Positions 51,308 to 64,000 of a stretch of DNA of 64,000 bases are shown here, one piece after another (the first letter of the stretch is position 1; every line of letters begins with the position of its first letter). The position numbers and the translations under genes were made by a program. Source of the stretch: Camelus dromedarius (taxonomy: Eukaryota). Location of the stretch: contig NC_087436.1 in the NCBI RefSeq assembly GCF_036321535.1, positions 47,432,001 through 47,496,000 on the forward strand, in the 5' to 3' direction. Below the pieces are notes generated by a model. It had not been told where the DNA came from, ran no database searches, and saw only the letters and a list, made by a program, of their open reading frames with translations.

Positions 51308-52050
51308 GTAAGTTTTATTCTCTATACAAATCTCTGAAACACCCTGTGCTCTAAGCTGCTCCCAGGGCTTTAAGGTCTTGTTTTGTCTTTATACCAACTT
51401 CGCTGATGACAAGCTTTGTGGTACTCATTTCAGGCAAAGGCAAACCAAGGAAATGAATTTCTCAGTATTTCAGAAGTTAGAAGGAGAGATAAAAATTGAA
51501 TCTGGTTTCTTGGTGCATGATTTCAGGAATTTTTTTATGAATTTCTTAAGGGTAGTATTGATGTTCTGTCTGCCATAATACTGAGCGTGTAGAAGTGGTC
51601 CAAGGGCTTAGAGATGATGATACTGGTAAGCCCAGGGGATCTCTGTAGTGAGAGAGAGTTTAATATTTGTGCAATCGTGGTGTGATAGGCACTATCCCAA
51701 TTCCTTTACAGGTATTAAATTAATTAAATTAATAACCCTGTGAAGTGGGTGTTACTTTTTTCCCTGCTTTGTAGATGAGCAGTAAGCTGAGGCATATGTG
51801 GTTCAGATCACCTGCGTAAGGTTGCAGAGCCAGCAGACGGCAGCTCAGCGGCTGAGCCCAGGCAGCCATGGCCCAGAGCCTGCGCTCTTGACCACTCAGA
51901 GTGGTGAAGACTCCTTTCTTCTTTCTTCAAAGATCTTAGAAGGAGCAAAAAATGAATAACCTTTTAGTACAAATTATTGGTAGTACTGAGCATGTATCTA
52001 TCTACATTTGACAAAATTGTATTAATTTTTATCTGCAGATAATATCAATA

Positions 52051-53832
52051 CAGGCATACCTCAGAGATACCTTAGGCTCAGTTCCAGACCACTGTAATTA
52101 GAATGATTATCTCAACAAGTGAGTCACACAAAGTTTTTGGTTTCCTAGTGCATATAGAAGCTGTGTTTACATTATACTTTAGTCTAAGTGTGCAATAGCA
52201 GTATTTCTAAAAAAGCAATGTACATACCTTAATTAAAAATTGCTTTATTACTAAAAAATGCTAGCCATCATCTAAGCCTCCAGTGAGTTGTATGTAATGT
52301 TTTTGCTGATGGAGGGTCTTGCCTTGATATTAATGGCTGCTGACTGATGAAGGTGGTGGTTGCTGAAGGTTGGGCTGTGGTAATTTCTTAAAATAAGACA
52401 GCAGTGAAGTTTGCTACACTGATGGAATCTTCCTTTCATGACCTATCTCTCTGTAGCACTTCTGCTGTTTGATAGCATTTTACCCACAATAGAACTTCTT
52501 TCAAAATTGGGAGTCAAACTGCCACTGCTTTATCATCTAAAGTTTATGTACTATTCTAAATCCTTTGTTGTCATTTCAACGATCTTCACAGCATCTTCAC
52601 CAGGAGTAGAATCCATCTGAAGAAACCACTTTCTTTGCTCACCCATTAGAATCAGCTCTTCATCCATTTAAGATCCATCATGAGATGCAGCAATTCAGTC
52701 ACATCTTTAGGCTCCACTTCAAATTCTAGTTCTTTTGCTATTTCCACCACATCTGCAGTTATTTCCTCCATTGAAGTCTTGAACCACTCAAGTCATCCTT
52801 GAGGGTTGGAATCAACTTCTTCCAAATTCCTATTAGTGTGGATATTTTGACCTTTTCCCAAGAATCATGAATGTTCTTAACTTCATCTAGAATGATGAAT
52901 CCTTTCAAAAAGACTTTCAATTGACTTTACCTAGAATCATCAGAGGAATCACTGTCTATGGCAGCTATAGCCTTTGAAGTGTATTTCTTAGATAATAAGA
53001 CTTTAAAGTCAAAATTACTCCTTGATCCATGGGCTGCAGAATGGATGTTGTGTTAGCAGGCATGAAAACAGTATTAATCTCCTTGTACATCTCCATCAGA
53101 GCTTGGGTGACCAGGTGCATTGTCCATGAGCAGTCATATTTTGAATGGAATCTTTTTTTCCGAGCAGAAGTTCTCAACAGTGGGCTTAAATATTCAGTAA
53201 ACCTTGTTGTAAACAGATGTGCTGTCACCTAGGCTTTGTTGTTCCATTTATGGAGGACAGGCAGAGTAGACTGAGCATCATTCTTAAAGACCCTAGGAAT
53301 TTCAGAACTGTAAATGAGCATTGGCTTCAACTTCCAGTCACCAGCTGGCAATAGCCTCTAACAAGAGAGTGAGCCTGTCGTTTGGAACTTTGAAGCCAGG
53401 CATTGACTTTGCAACTTGGCTGTTTGGGGCAAGAGGCCTAGCTTTTGGCTTGTCTCAGTCACTAACATGCCTTCACATTAAGCTTAATCATTTCTAGCTT
53501 TTGATTTCAAGTGGGAGACGTGCAATTCTTCTCTTGACTTGAAATCTTAGAGACTATTGTAGGGTTATTCGTTGGCCTGATTTCAATATTGTTGCATCTC
53601 AGGGAATATGGGGGCCTGAGGAGAGAGAGAGAGAAGAGGGGAATGGCTGGTTGGTGGTGAACACACACACTTACTAAGTTCGCCATCTTATATTGGTATG
53701 ATTTGTGGCCTCCCCAAAACAATTACAAGAGTAACAACAAGATCATAGATCACCATAACAAATATAATAATAATAAAAAGGTTTAAAATATAAATGTTTG
53801 AAATAAAATAGTAATGAAAAAGCTTGAAATAT
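52051..53832 (-). mobile_element. Tigger1 DNA transposon (pogo/Tc1-mariner), decayed and internally deleted
   Basis: TA then terminal repeat caggcatacctcagagata at 52051. ORF 52965-53228 (-) contains VFMPANTTSILQPMDQGVI..LKSYYLRNT, a pogo-family DDE transposase segment, with frameshifts around it. Confidence 0.92.
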
Positions 53833-53836
53833 CTTC

Positions 53837-54138
53837 AGATGCTCAAGTCCCCTGTAGAAAATGGTGCAGTATTTGCATATCACCTACACACATTCTCCCT
53901 TGTACTTTATATTACCTCTAGATTACTTATAATACCTAATACAATGTAAATGCTATGTAGATAGTTGCAAATCCATTGTAAATGCTGTGTAAATAGTTCC
54001 CTGTTCCTGGCAAATTCAAGTTTTATTTTTTGGAACTTTCTGAAATTCTCTCCCTAAACACTCCACCCCCAAATGCTTTCAATCAGAGGTTGATTGAATC
54101 CTTTGATGTGGAAATCATGACTCTGGAGGGCTGGCTTT
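53837..54138. mobile_element. MER2-like Tigger non-autonomous fragment
   Basis: gatgctcaagtccc...gtatttgcatatcacctacac...ctagattacttataatacctaatacaatgtaaatgctatgt...ggttgattgaatcc...ggagggctg. Confidence 0.75.
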
Positions 54139-56691
54139 GTTTTTCATTTGTATTTTATCAGTTCCCTTCTACTGACAGGTGTTAACTGAAAATTGAGTCT
54201 AATAACTTCTAATCTGAGAGCTCTCATCTTTTTTTCATGATACTTTGCAGTTTGACTCTACATTCAAGAATAACGCTGACCCTCACCCTGTGTCCTCATT
54301 TGGTGTGGCTCGTTTTGTAATGGAAGGGACAAGAAGGGAAAAGAAACTTAAAAAAAAAAAAAATCGAAACATTCTCTTGTTTCTGAAGGGGGCGTAAAGT
54401 TTGGTGTCATTTAATTAAATGATAAATTGATGGATAAAGAAATACTGCTGTTAACAGTGGAGCTTGAGGGACTTGTTGGCTTCTCGTGTAACGCAAATAA
54501 TTCTGGAGAAATTGCACAGGCTTTCTGAGCTAAAATTCAGGAAAATCTTATGAGTCGGTGAACAGAAAAGGCTTTTATGACTGGTTTGGAGAGATGTTAA
54601 AGAACTCCTAACAGTCCCCCACGGCCTTGGTGTGGGATTCAAGGCAGGACCCGCTCTAGACTGTGACATTCTGAAGATCAGAGTGTGGCTCAGGTACAAT
54701 ATACTTCCGAACCATACCACAAGAAGAAGTTGCAAGAAGCCAGAACATTTTTACTCTTGTACAATACCTAGAAAATAGTTCTAAATTGTGGCATATTTTG
54801 TTTGGCCTGAAAATAAATATGTATGTGTGCTTATGTATATGTATACATATGTGTGTGTATATATACTTATATACATACATACATACATACTACAACTGCA
54901 TCGTCTTAAAAAAAGTACAGCTGTAAAAGTGATGTGCTGGAAGTTGTAAATGGACCTTTTCTACCAAAGATATGCCTTAGAAGCTTAAAAAAAATTTTTA
55001 AGAAAAATAAAAGCAATTATAGTAAACCTTGAACTATATTACTGTAAAAGGTGATTGAAACCAAAAACATAAATTAAATGTTAAGGAAAATAAAAAAGTT
55101 TCAAATATAGTTCTGTCCTTTCATGGTTCAGATTATGTCAGATTTTAATTTAGTCTGAGGAGGGGTCTACACATTGGCAATTCTTTTGAAAGCTCCTCCA
55201 CTAAGAACCCCCATGGAGGGTAGCTTTGCCTTCCTATAAATTTATTAAAATATGTAGTGTCAGAAAAAATTATGTAGTGTCAGAGATGGAGTGCTGGCAG
55301 GGCAACCCTTTGCTTCTCACCTAGCATGCAATTTATTTGTGTAGTTTGTGTACAAGCTGCTATGAACATAACCTTGTTCTGAAAGTAATAGTCACATATA
55401 GAGTGAGGAGTGAGAAATAGAATCATTCCACTAGTTGCCAAATACTTAAAACTTAGGTCGGTTTCCATTTTAATGAGTTGAGGAAACAAAACTAAATAGA
55501 GTTGAGCTTTTCCTTTGCACTTCTTGTGCTGCTATGTTTCATTACTCTGGTTTCTTTGCATGATCAGCTGATTAAGTCACACAGGGACCCTAGAAGCCAT
55601 CTGTCTGTGGTTGAATGATATGCTGGGAAGCCCTTGATAACTTTCATGTTTTGTTAAATCAGTGTAATATTGCTTTAAGTCTCTCTTTTAATCATTCAAA
55701 GGCTAAATAATTACATCAGTTCTCATAAGATTTTCCAGTGATGAATTGTGTATTAGTTGCATGAGTGGCTCATTTTCTTGGAATTTTTTTGAATTACCAA
55801 ATCTTAATAAATTGTAACTTGGGAGGCTTTAAAACTGCCTTAGTTTTTTAGTTTCTGTGTTTGTGTTCAAATATAATTAAGTTGATGGGAATATGTTGGA
55901 AAGTGATTAAAATTTTGTGGAAAGTCGATAGTCTTTGATGTAGTGAGAAAACAGTTATTAATTATGCACATATGAGGTTGTCTTGTGTTTGATTAATGGA
56001 TGTTATTCAATGCCAGCTTTTATGTAATTAATGATTTTGTAGCTTTTGATTTGACTAAATACCAGTATAAGACAAGGCTTAGGGAGAAAAAAACAAACTT
56101 CGTGAAGATTCAAGGCAAGATATGATTGATAAGAATTATGGTAAAAACCATCTGTTTATACTTAGGAAGTTAAGTAGGTTCATATTAGTGTAATAATGAC
56201 TCAAGGAAATTTGGTTTTAAGACTACAAGATTAAAGCCCATTCTTTCAGATACTATGAACTTTTAGAGATAATTCAGTTGTTTGTAATTTTTCCTCCTTT
56301 ATGCAGTAAATCTTCTTTGTATTTGGGTAGACAAATGCAAAATTATGGTTCAGATGATTGAAGTGGCAGCTCAGTAAAAAGAAAGCACAAGAGTGAGAGT
56401 GCCTTGTGGAAACAGGTAAGTGAAGGGACAGGTGGACATAAATGTTTGCTGGCTGGCTATTTCCATGTTGTCAATAGAGTATTTCTTTCATGTTTTTAAT
56501 GCTGGAATATACCTTTAATCATTTACTATTTGTGTCATTTTTAAATAGTACTCTAAATAGAGGCATCCTTCAATACTTTTTCATATATTCTTCACTTCTT
56601 TTATATACTTTCCACAGGAAAGCTCATCTGTTCTACTGGTTTCTATGCAGTGACTCTGAAAGCTATACCTTGGTGTTTCCAAGTTGCTAAT

Positions 56692-57252
56692 TGTCTTAGC
56701 TTTCTATTGCTGTGTAACAAATTAACATAAATTTAGTGGTGTAAAACATCCCCCATTTATCCCCTCACAGTTCTTTATGTCAGAAGTCTGGGTGGGCTGG
56801 ACTGGACTCTGGCTAGGCTGGGCTCTTATCTGAAGGCTCTGGAAAGAATCAACTTCCAAGATGACCCTTGTCGGCAGAATTCATTTCCTTACGGTTATAG
56901 GACTGAGGTCCCCATCTCCTTACTGGCTGTTGGTGCGGGTTTCTCTCTGCAGCTAGAAGCCACATTTAGGTTCTTCCTTGTGGGCACTTTCATCTCAGCA
57001 GTAGAACCTCCCTCATGTAAAATCTCTCATGCTTCAGATCTCTGACTTCTGCTGTCATCTGAGAACATTCTTTGCTTTTGGAGGGCTTGAACGATTAAGT
57101 TAGGCCCATTCAGATAATTTCACTATTTTAGGTCAATTGATTAGTAACTTTAATTGCATTTGCAAAATTCCTTTTGCTGTAAAGGACATGTCATGGGAGT
57201 AACACTGTGGGGTGAAGGTCATGAAGGCTATCTTAGAATTCCATCTACCACA
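56692..57252 (-). mobile_element. MaLR solo LTR (MLT1D-like)
   Basis: tgtcttagctttctattgctgtgtaacaaatt...ttagaattccatctaccaca with a perfect 5-bp TSD ctaat (56687-56691 and 57253-57257). Confidence 0.88.
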
Positions 57253-57986
57253 CTAATGTGCATTTCTGCTTAGATTTCTTGGTATTACTTAAAATGCCCA
57301 GAAGCAACTTTACCTTTCCCCTCATGTATCTCCAAATCCTAAATTTCCTTAGTTATTTGTTCTTCCCATGATGTAGAATCTTGAAGTCCTTTATTCTTTC
57401 ACCTCACTCTTTACATCCAAGTCTTGCTGTGTTGGCCCCTGAAATATTTCTTGTGTGAATTCTTTTCTTTCTCTTCCTGGCTCTGTAGTCTTTGTAGTCT
57501 TTGCCACACATAAATATTTCTGTTAGACTCCTGGGGAACTGTCTTTTCCATTAATTTCACGAAACACTTTGTTTTTATTAATTTTGATGTTTCTTCTAAA
57601 GACTTGTAGAAGTCTCACTGTAATTGCATGAATTTATTATCCTGTGCTTCTAGATTTTGCACATATTTTATTGCAGGGAGTTATTACATAACCATTAACA
57701 GATAAGATCTAATTTAAAATCTGTTGCATTGTCTTCTCTTACTATACATTTGAATCATAATTAGGTACATACTAGTATGTATATTTTTGAAAATCAAATC
57801 ACGTGTTGTATTTTATATGTACTGTATCTTGTTTTAAAGTCAACATGTTACATTGAAATTAGTGTAATACTTTTCAACTTTGCTATGCTTCACCCATTTT
57901 TTAGCTGTTTATTGAGTTCTTCCTACATGCCATTGCCAAGGGTGGGCACTGTGCTTGGAAACAAGCAGATATTGTTATTGCCCTCA

Positions 57987-58508
57987 TGATACAGGAAAAA
58001 TGTGAGGTGTGAGGATGGCCATGTCCCAGGTCTCTGTTGAGTCCCTGGGATGTGCCCCACCAAGTGTGTGTCCTTGGCTTTGAGCAGGAAAGAATTGAAA
58101 AGTGAGCCACAGTTGAGTAAATGTGGATTCGTTCAGAGAGATACACACTCCGTAGAGTGCAGGCTGTCTCACTCAGAACAGAGAGCAGCCACAAGGCTTG
58201 AGGCTCAGTGCTGCTAATTTTATGGGCTGAGAAACTTCATAAGCTAACAAGTGGGAGGATTATTTCAACTACTTTGGGGAAGGGGGTGAGATTCCCAGGA
58301 ACTGGGCCACCACCCACCCTTTGACCTTTTATGGTCAGCCTTAAAACTGTCCTGGTGCCTGTGGGAGTGCCATTTAGCATGCTGTTGTATTTCAGTGAGC
58401 ATATATTGAAGCTCAACGTCTGTTGGGAGTTGATTCTTTTACCATCTTCTTGCTAACTGCTGTGTCATTCTTTTAATGGTTTTGCCCTACCCGCTTCCCT
58501 CTGTCTCA
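57987..58508 (-). mobile_element. ERV1 solo LTR inserted in an L2 remnant
   Basis: TG...CA termini with near-TSD ctca/ttca. The flanks rejoin as an antisense L2 piece (ggcactgtgcttgga...gccctca|tagaatttacattctggagaagacagac). Confidence 0.75.
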
Positions 58509-61500
58509 TTCATAGAATTTACATTCTGGAGAAGACAGACAGGCAGTAATCCACTAACAACACAGTTAATTAAAGGTGGCATGTGCTTTGCCAGAAAACA
58601 TGTGGAGAGCTCCACTAACACTTTTCTGACTAGTCAGAGTCTGGATTATCAGGGATGGGTTCCTGGAGCAAGTGACATTTGGGCTGAGCTCCAGAAGATA
58701 AGTAGACATTCCCTTGGTAAAGAAGGAGTTAATAGCATTCTGGACAAAGGGATAAGCACAGGCAAAGGTACTAAGGTGAGAAGACTCAGAGGGTTTGGGA
58801 AGAAGGCCAGGGTGGACTGGAAAAGCGTGAAAGGAGGATGAAGACATACGGACTAGATAAGGCAGTTCCTTAAAAGGTACAAACTGGAATAGATTTTAAA
58901 AGGATAGTGTTGTTACAGTAAACATTAGATACTAGGAAGTTCAGATTTTTAGTAATTAGGTAAGTGGGATTATATAGATTGATTTTCCCAAGAAATTAAC
59001 AAAAAATTCTAATGAAAGGAAACATTTTCTTAAGAGTATTGTGGCACTGGTAAGAACTATAAGGCTAAACTATTAAGTAAAGACTAGGACTTCAGGTAAG
59101 CTGAGTGTTGAAGTTGCTTTTGTCCTGCGGGACTTAGCAAACTTGAGTACTAATTTCTGTGATCCTGACCTAGGTGGGGAGTCCAGCTGGAGACACTCCC
59201 ATTAAGCTGAGGCTCCGTCCCACCTTAAGTGTTAAGGGAAAACCTGAAGTGAGCTCACTCCCCTTCCTCAGGGGACTGAGCAGACCACTGAGTTTTAGGC
59301 TCAGAAGCTCAGAACTGTTCAAATGGGCCAAACTCTTATTACCTGGGTTCTATCAAAATGAAAGTAATAAATAATCAAAAAGCCCTCAAGCCATGAAATT
59401 AGTTTTTGGTGGTTCTTAACTGGGCATGCCTCTAAATATTCAGCAGAAGCAAATATAGACTCTCTCTGGAGCATTATTTCTTTGTCCAAGGCCGCAACTT
59501 ATTCCCATAATTATACAAGCTTGATGAATAGTTTAAGTCAAAAATGATAAAGTAGACAAGGAAACAAAGCACTAAAGCAAGAAAAAAAAAATAAAAGTAA
59601 ACTACAGTTAGCAGAATAGACCTGCAGAGACATCACATACTAGAATTACCTAGACATGGATTACAAAGTAACTACACTTGCAGTGTTTATTAAAACAAAG
59701 ACAAGCTTGAAACTACATGGCTCATAAGTATAGAAATGACCTAGCAGGATAGAAAAGAGCAAGATGGGAAGGGAGATCAGTGTGAAGGTGTGCGTTAGTA
59801 CAGGCCAGAGTTAATGAAACGGTAGTTTAGGTTTTAGGTAGGTTGTCACAGGGGCATTGGAAGAAAAGAAGCAAGTGACATTTGGACTAAGCTCCAAAAG
59901 ATGAGTAGGCGTTCCCTGGAAATGTGTTATTTGACTGAATGATAGGAGCTGTTCTCCAGCTTTTATTTATAAGACTTTTGAGGGGAGGAAAACATGATGA
60001 ATTAAGGATTTTTGTAAATTAAATTAGCTCAAAATAATTAACATTTTTATGTATTTCAGTTGATGTTTGGTTTGGAAATAGAAAATGTTAAATTTGTCAC
60101 GTATGATGCCAACCAGTGCTTTTTGGTTCTGAGAAAGAAAGCCATAAATAACTGTTTATCTAGTTTTGAAGAGATGACTTGTGTTTGAAGAGAATTCTTA
60201 GTGTTTTAGTGTATATTTATATATGAATTTCTTTTGAGTTAGAGAATAGTTAATTAGCCCCAAAGTACTTCATTAGATTCACTTATAAGTTAGTACCATT
60301 ATTTTTTGTTCTGTGAGAGAAATTCCCTTTTGCTTCTCTGATGGCTTATCATCTAGTTAACATTTTTTGGTTAAAGCTGGTCTAATTGAATATGAACCAT
60401 CGAAAGATACACTCAAAGGCCCACCTCCTGACCCCGGCTTCTTGTCTATTTGAACAGCTTGTGCTGGTGGCTCTGATGGCCACATCTGTGGACTGAGAGA
60501 CGGCACATGGTTTTAAAGATTTAAAATCTTCAACAAGTGGCCACGAGTCATTGTACTTAGGAGTTAGTCAAGATGCTGGCCACATGTAGTTAGTGTGTCT
60601 CACATGGGATAAGATGCTGGTCCCACATGGTCTGCTAAATGGTGTGCTTTTTCTGTCCCTGCGTTCTAACCCTTCCCCGTCCCCTTTGGGATTTTTTGTT
60701 TTTTGGGGAGTTTTGTTGGCTTTTTTTTAAAAGAAGAGGCATTCTGTCAGCTGTGGATTATAAGAATCTGTGACCAAGTGGTTTCAAAAAGGAAGAAAAC
60801 AGACTTGTGTTTCTTTTTTCTGGTGCCATAGGGATTGGTTAACGAGTGTTATTAGATGGCCTAACTAGACTTGCTTTGTAGTGAAAGCCTCAGGTCCTTT
60901 ATTTAGTAGCCTTTCCTGCTTCTGGCAGATTCTTGATTACTCACAGGTAATGTTCAGAGCTAGTTTTAGATCATTCCTGGAATGCCTTGGTTTTTACCTA
61001 ATTTAATTTTTTTCTGTGCAATGCTGGCCATTTAAAGATGTAACTGTGAGTAGATTACAGATAGCGGCTCTTCTTTGCACCTGACGTATGATAAAAAGTA
61101 AAATCCTCATGTGACAGAAGTACAAGCATGAGGCTGAGGAAAGTAAATATGTTTTCCGTAGCCAGGGTGGAGTGGAACCACCACCATGTGGAAGCAGAAA
61201 CTCCCATTTCAAGTGATGAAGAAATGCTTGTGGCATGTGGGGCAGATGGAGTGTGAAATAGCGTCAGGAGAAGAGGTACCCAGGGACCTGAGTTTTAAAG
61301 TGCAATTTCAAAAGGAATGCAAGCAAACTTCTGGATTTCAGACAGTTTGGCATTCTGGGGAAAAGAAAGGACTTTAATGGGTCTGGCTTTTTTCCTTTAA
61401 TCAAAAAGTCAGGGCAGAATCATCCAGCAAGCTGTTCCCTCACTTCTGTCTCATTGCCATCGAGAACAAATCTACTGTATGCACATGACACAGGGTTTCC

Positions 61501-63677
61501 TTTTTTGAAGTCAAAATTTAAAATTGACATTGCCAAAGAGATGTAGGGTCATAATTTTCATCAATGAGACTTATTTAGGGAATTGATAAATGAACATCTT
61601 AAGGAACTAAAACAGTTAATGTCTTGGCAATTGATTCTCAGCTGAACTAACCAGGTTTCCATCAGGTTGAGTGAGGGTTTTTTAGATACAACTGGAATGA
61701 TCTGGACCCCTTCACACCCTTGACTTCCTTTGCTAAGCCCTGCCCTGACGAGTAACTTCTCTGGCCTGGAGATAAAAGTCAGCTAACTGTGTTGATGCTT
61801 TCTGTTATCAATTCATTCCCATACAGGTTCTGTTTACCCTCAGGAGGCAACTTGACATCTTTATTGAGATGGTGAGGACCAGACCATCTTGGATTAACCA
61901 TGTCATCTTTTTCTAACTCCAAGTCATCACTATTCTTCTCTTCATTCTGGACCCTCCTCCTTTTCTCTGTGCTCTTTCATTCCAGACTGACTTCCCCATC
62001 TTTCATTTCTCTCCTGGTTTCCTGGTTCCCTTTCCTGGCTTTCATCCTCCTTCCTTTTCTCATTCTTGGCACTTATTTTCTTCTGCCACACACTTGCTAA
62101 GACCTCCCTTTTCCTTAAAAACAAAAGCAAAAACAAAAACAACACATCTTTTCTCCACTCTGTATCTCTGCCATTTTACCACTCCTTCTCTTTCCTTCAT
62201 CATCCACTAAAGCTCCTTGATTAAAGAAAATTTAAATTCTGATTTGTATATCCAAGTTTTTCTTTGTTTTTGTTTTTTCCCTCGTGGTCGTCTTTTAAGC
62301 CTCTGTGGCCTTAACGTTTTACTCTTTCCATGGCCTGCATGTAATCATCGTGGTTTTCTTCCTACTCCCTTGACAGATGCTTTTACTCTTGGTGAGTCTT
62401 CTTTCTTTGGAGAGCTCATCCACTTTCTCAAACTCAATTTTTAAAACTACGTTTCTAACCCTAACCTTTCCAGAATTTTTTTAGAAATCTCTTCTCAGAG
62501 TCTTGCTTTTTTCCTAGGCCTGTCTGACATGCAGTCAATTTCTTTGTCTTCCTTCAAGTTGTAGCCACTTACATGGGAGAAAGATGATAGCTTACGTCAT
62601 TTGTCACCTCTGGTAACCCGCCCATCTGCCTGGGCCAGTTTATTATAGTGGGTCTGACTTTTCTTGCACTTTGAACAGATGATAGAAGTGGGAGAGACTC
62701 CCTAGACTTAAACTACTTGAATGCGTCTTGCTTTGAAGCAATATCTGTTAACCTTTCCTTTTCATCAATCATCTTTGAAAATGTGTACAGACATTTAAAA
62801 GATGTTTTACCTAAGAAGATGAGAGCTATTGAAATACTGAAATGAATGTATTTCTTCCTGTCTTTCTGGTGGTGCAGGGACTAGAAGAGCAGACAGGTGA
62901 CTAGGGGAAGATGTCACATGCCTGAGTTGAAGAAGCAATGCCTTCTGCTTAATAGTAAGAGATGAGATTATAAAGCATTAACATTGATTTGCCTGTGGCT
63001 GATTAAATGAGTTACACTATTTTATATTCATATGTTGTGTGTATAGCATTGCAGGGTAGAACTCTTAGACATGTTTCAAAGGGGAGTAGGACATCCATTA
63101 AAGTCTGGGTACCTCACTGGGGAGTTGGAAAGGCCAGAATCAGGGCCAGCAGCAAATGTAAGAGGGAGAACTACTAGATCCAGGACCAAGAGTCACATTG
63201 ATCTTCGAAAGTAACAGTAGCGGGCAGGCATATGGACAGGCCAGATGCAAGAGGTGCGTGGAGATGGATGGTAATACAACCAAGCCCAAGGTTCAGAAGC
63301 CCAGTGAGCAGTCAGGTCATTGATCACACAGACAGTGAAAATTAGAAAAGGGGGAGAGGCCAGAAGCTGGTGTAAACTCTTGATCATTAAGGAAATCACA
63401 GTACTTCTTTCTTGGTCAGGAGCTCAGTCCTATTGAGTGGATGACCCGAGAGCTCATCGATAGACTGAGTGAACCAAGCTAGGAACAAGTTAGGTGTGTG
63501 GGTTCCCTGGCTGAAGTGGAGGTGAGCGAGGTCAGAAAGAAACCAGATCTGAAGATGACTGTTGAAGAGATCACCAATGGTGGGTAAAAATCTCCAGTGG
63601 GAACAATCCAGATTTAGAGAAGAAGGGACATACAGGGAGCTCAGATTAACCACAGCAGTCAGAAGCCCTATCTCCTC

Positions 63678-63701
63678 CTTTTTTTTTTTTTTTTTTTTTT
63701 T
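63678..63701 (+). repeat. Poly(T) run, about 23 nt
   Basis: Direct reading. Confidence 0.9.
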
Positions 63702-64000
63702 GCCAGAGGATGAAGTGTGGTGACTTATTTAAGACTCTGAGTGGTCCTGTATTAAACTGATAGAATTTTTCTGTGTGTATGCCTTTCTGTGCTTTCATAT
63801 TTCACCAAATACTTGTTGAGTTCCTAGTTAGAAATCTAATCAAGTACCTGATCAGTGGTCAGTATTTATTGAATGTGTGTTGTGTCCCCAGCACTGTTGA
63901 GGTATACTTGTGCTGCTGGGGTCTGTCATTTAGGGGTGAATTAGTGGCCATTGTAACTCCCGTGGAGCCGGAATAGAGAAAGTCATGCTCTGTCCACATC

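Noticed and set aside
52965..53228. Active or domesticated transposase gene
   Set aside because: Only a short, frameshifted DDE segment survives in a deleted Tigger1 copy.
63190..63655. Minus-strand ORFs 63193-63399 and 63396-63653 as a gene
   Set aside because: At most there is a faint resemblance to a decayed L2/CR1 endonuclease region. They are too degenerate to call and are not the missing last PAPSS1 exon, which I could not find in the window.
1..64000. A novel multi-gene or prokaryote-style system (CRISPR array, operon, defence island)
   Set aside because: No repeat-spacer array and no long intact ORFs other than spliced PAPSS1 exons. The sequence is explained by eukaryotic intron and decayed repeats.

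Overview
This is AT-rich, CpG-depleted mammalian genomic DNA from the middle of a bifunctional PAPS synthase gene, PAPSS1, on the + strand. Six coding exons can be read directly, each with AG/GT boundaries and matching reading-frame phases: 13740-13853, 14448-14559, 17053-17258, 20287-20422, 32261-32529 and 51078-51307. They encode the inter-domain linker and most of the ATP sulfurylase domain ([10 protein letters not shown] and VGRDPAG motifs). The upstream APS kinase exons and the last exon lie outside the window. The rest is intron filled with decayed repeats: L1, L2, MIR, hAT and Tigger DNA transposons, several solo LTRs (some with clear target-site duplications) and microsatellites. A tRNA-derived SINE at about 8421-8545 looks like the camelid Vic-1 family, suggesting a camel, alpaca or llama source. 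Almost all other ORF-track entries are chance ORFs or repeat remnants. I found no evidence of a new multi-gene system. The most interesting items are: a weak exon donor immediately followed by AATAAA (possible intronic polyadenylation), a 79-bp local duplication of an L1 end that lacks its poly(A), a candidate frameshifting 17-nt microexon, a cluster of antisense LTRs with STAT-like motifs, and an apparent Leu-to-Phe change in a conserved motif. Repeat family names and exon numbers are from memory and need Dfam/RepeatMasker and alignment confirmation.
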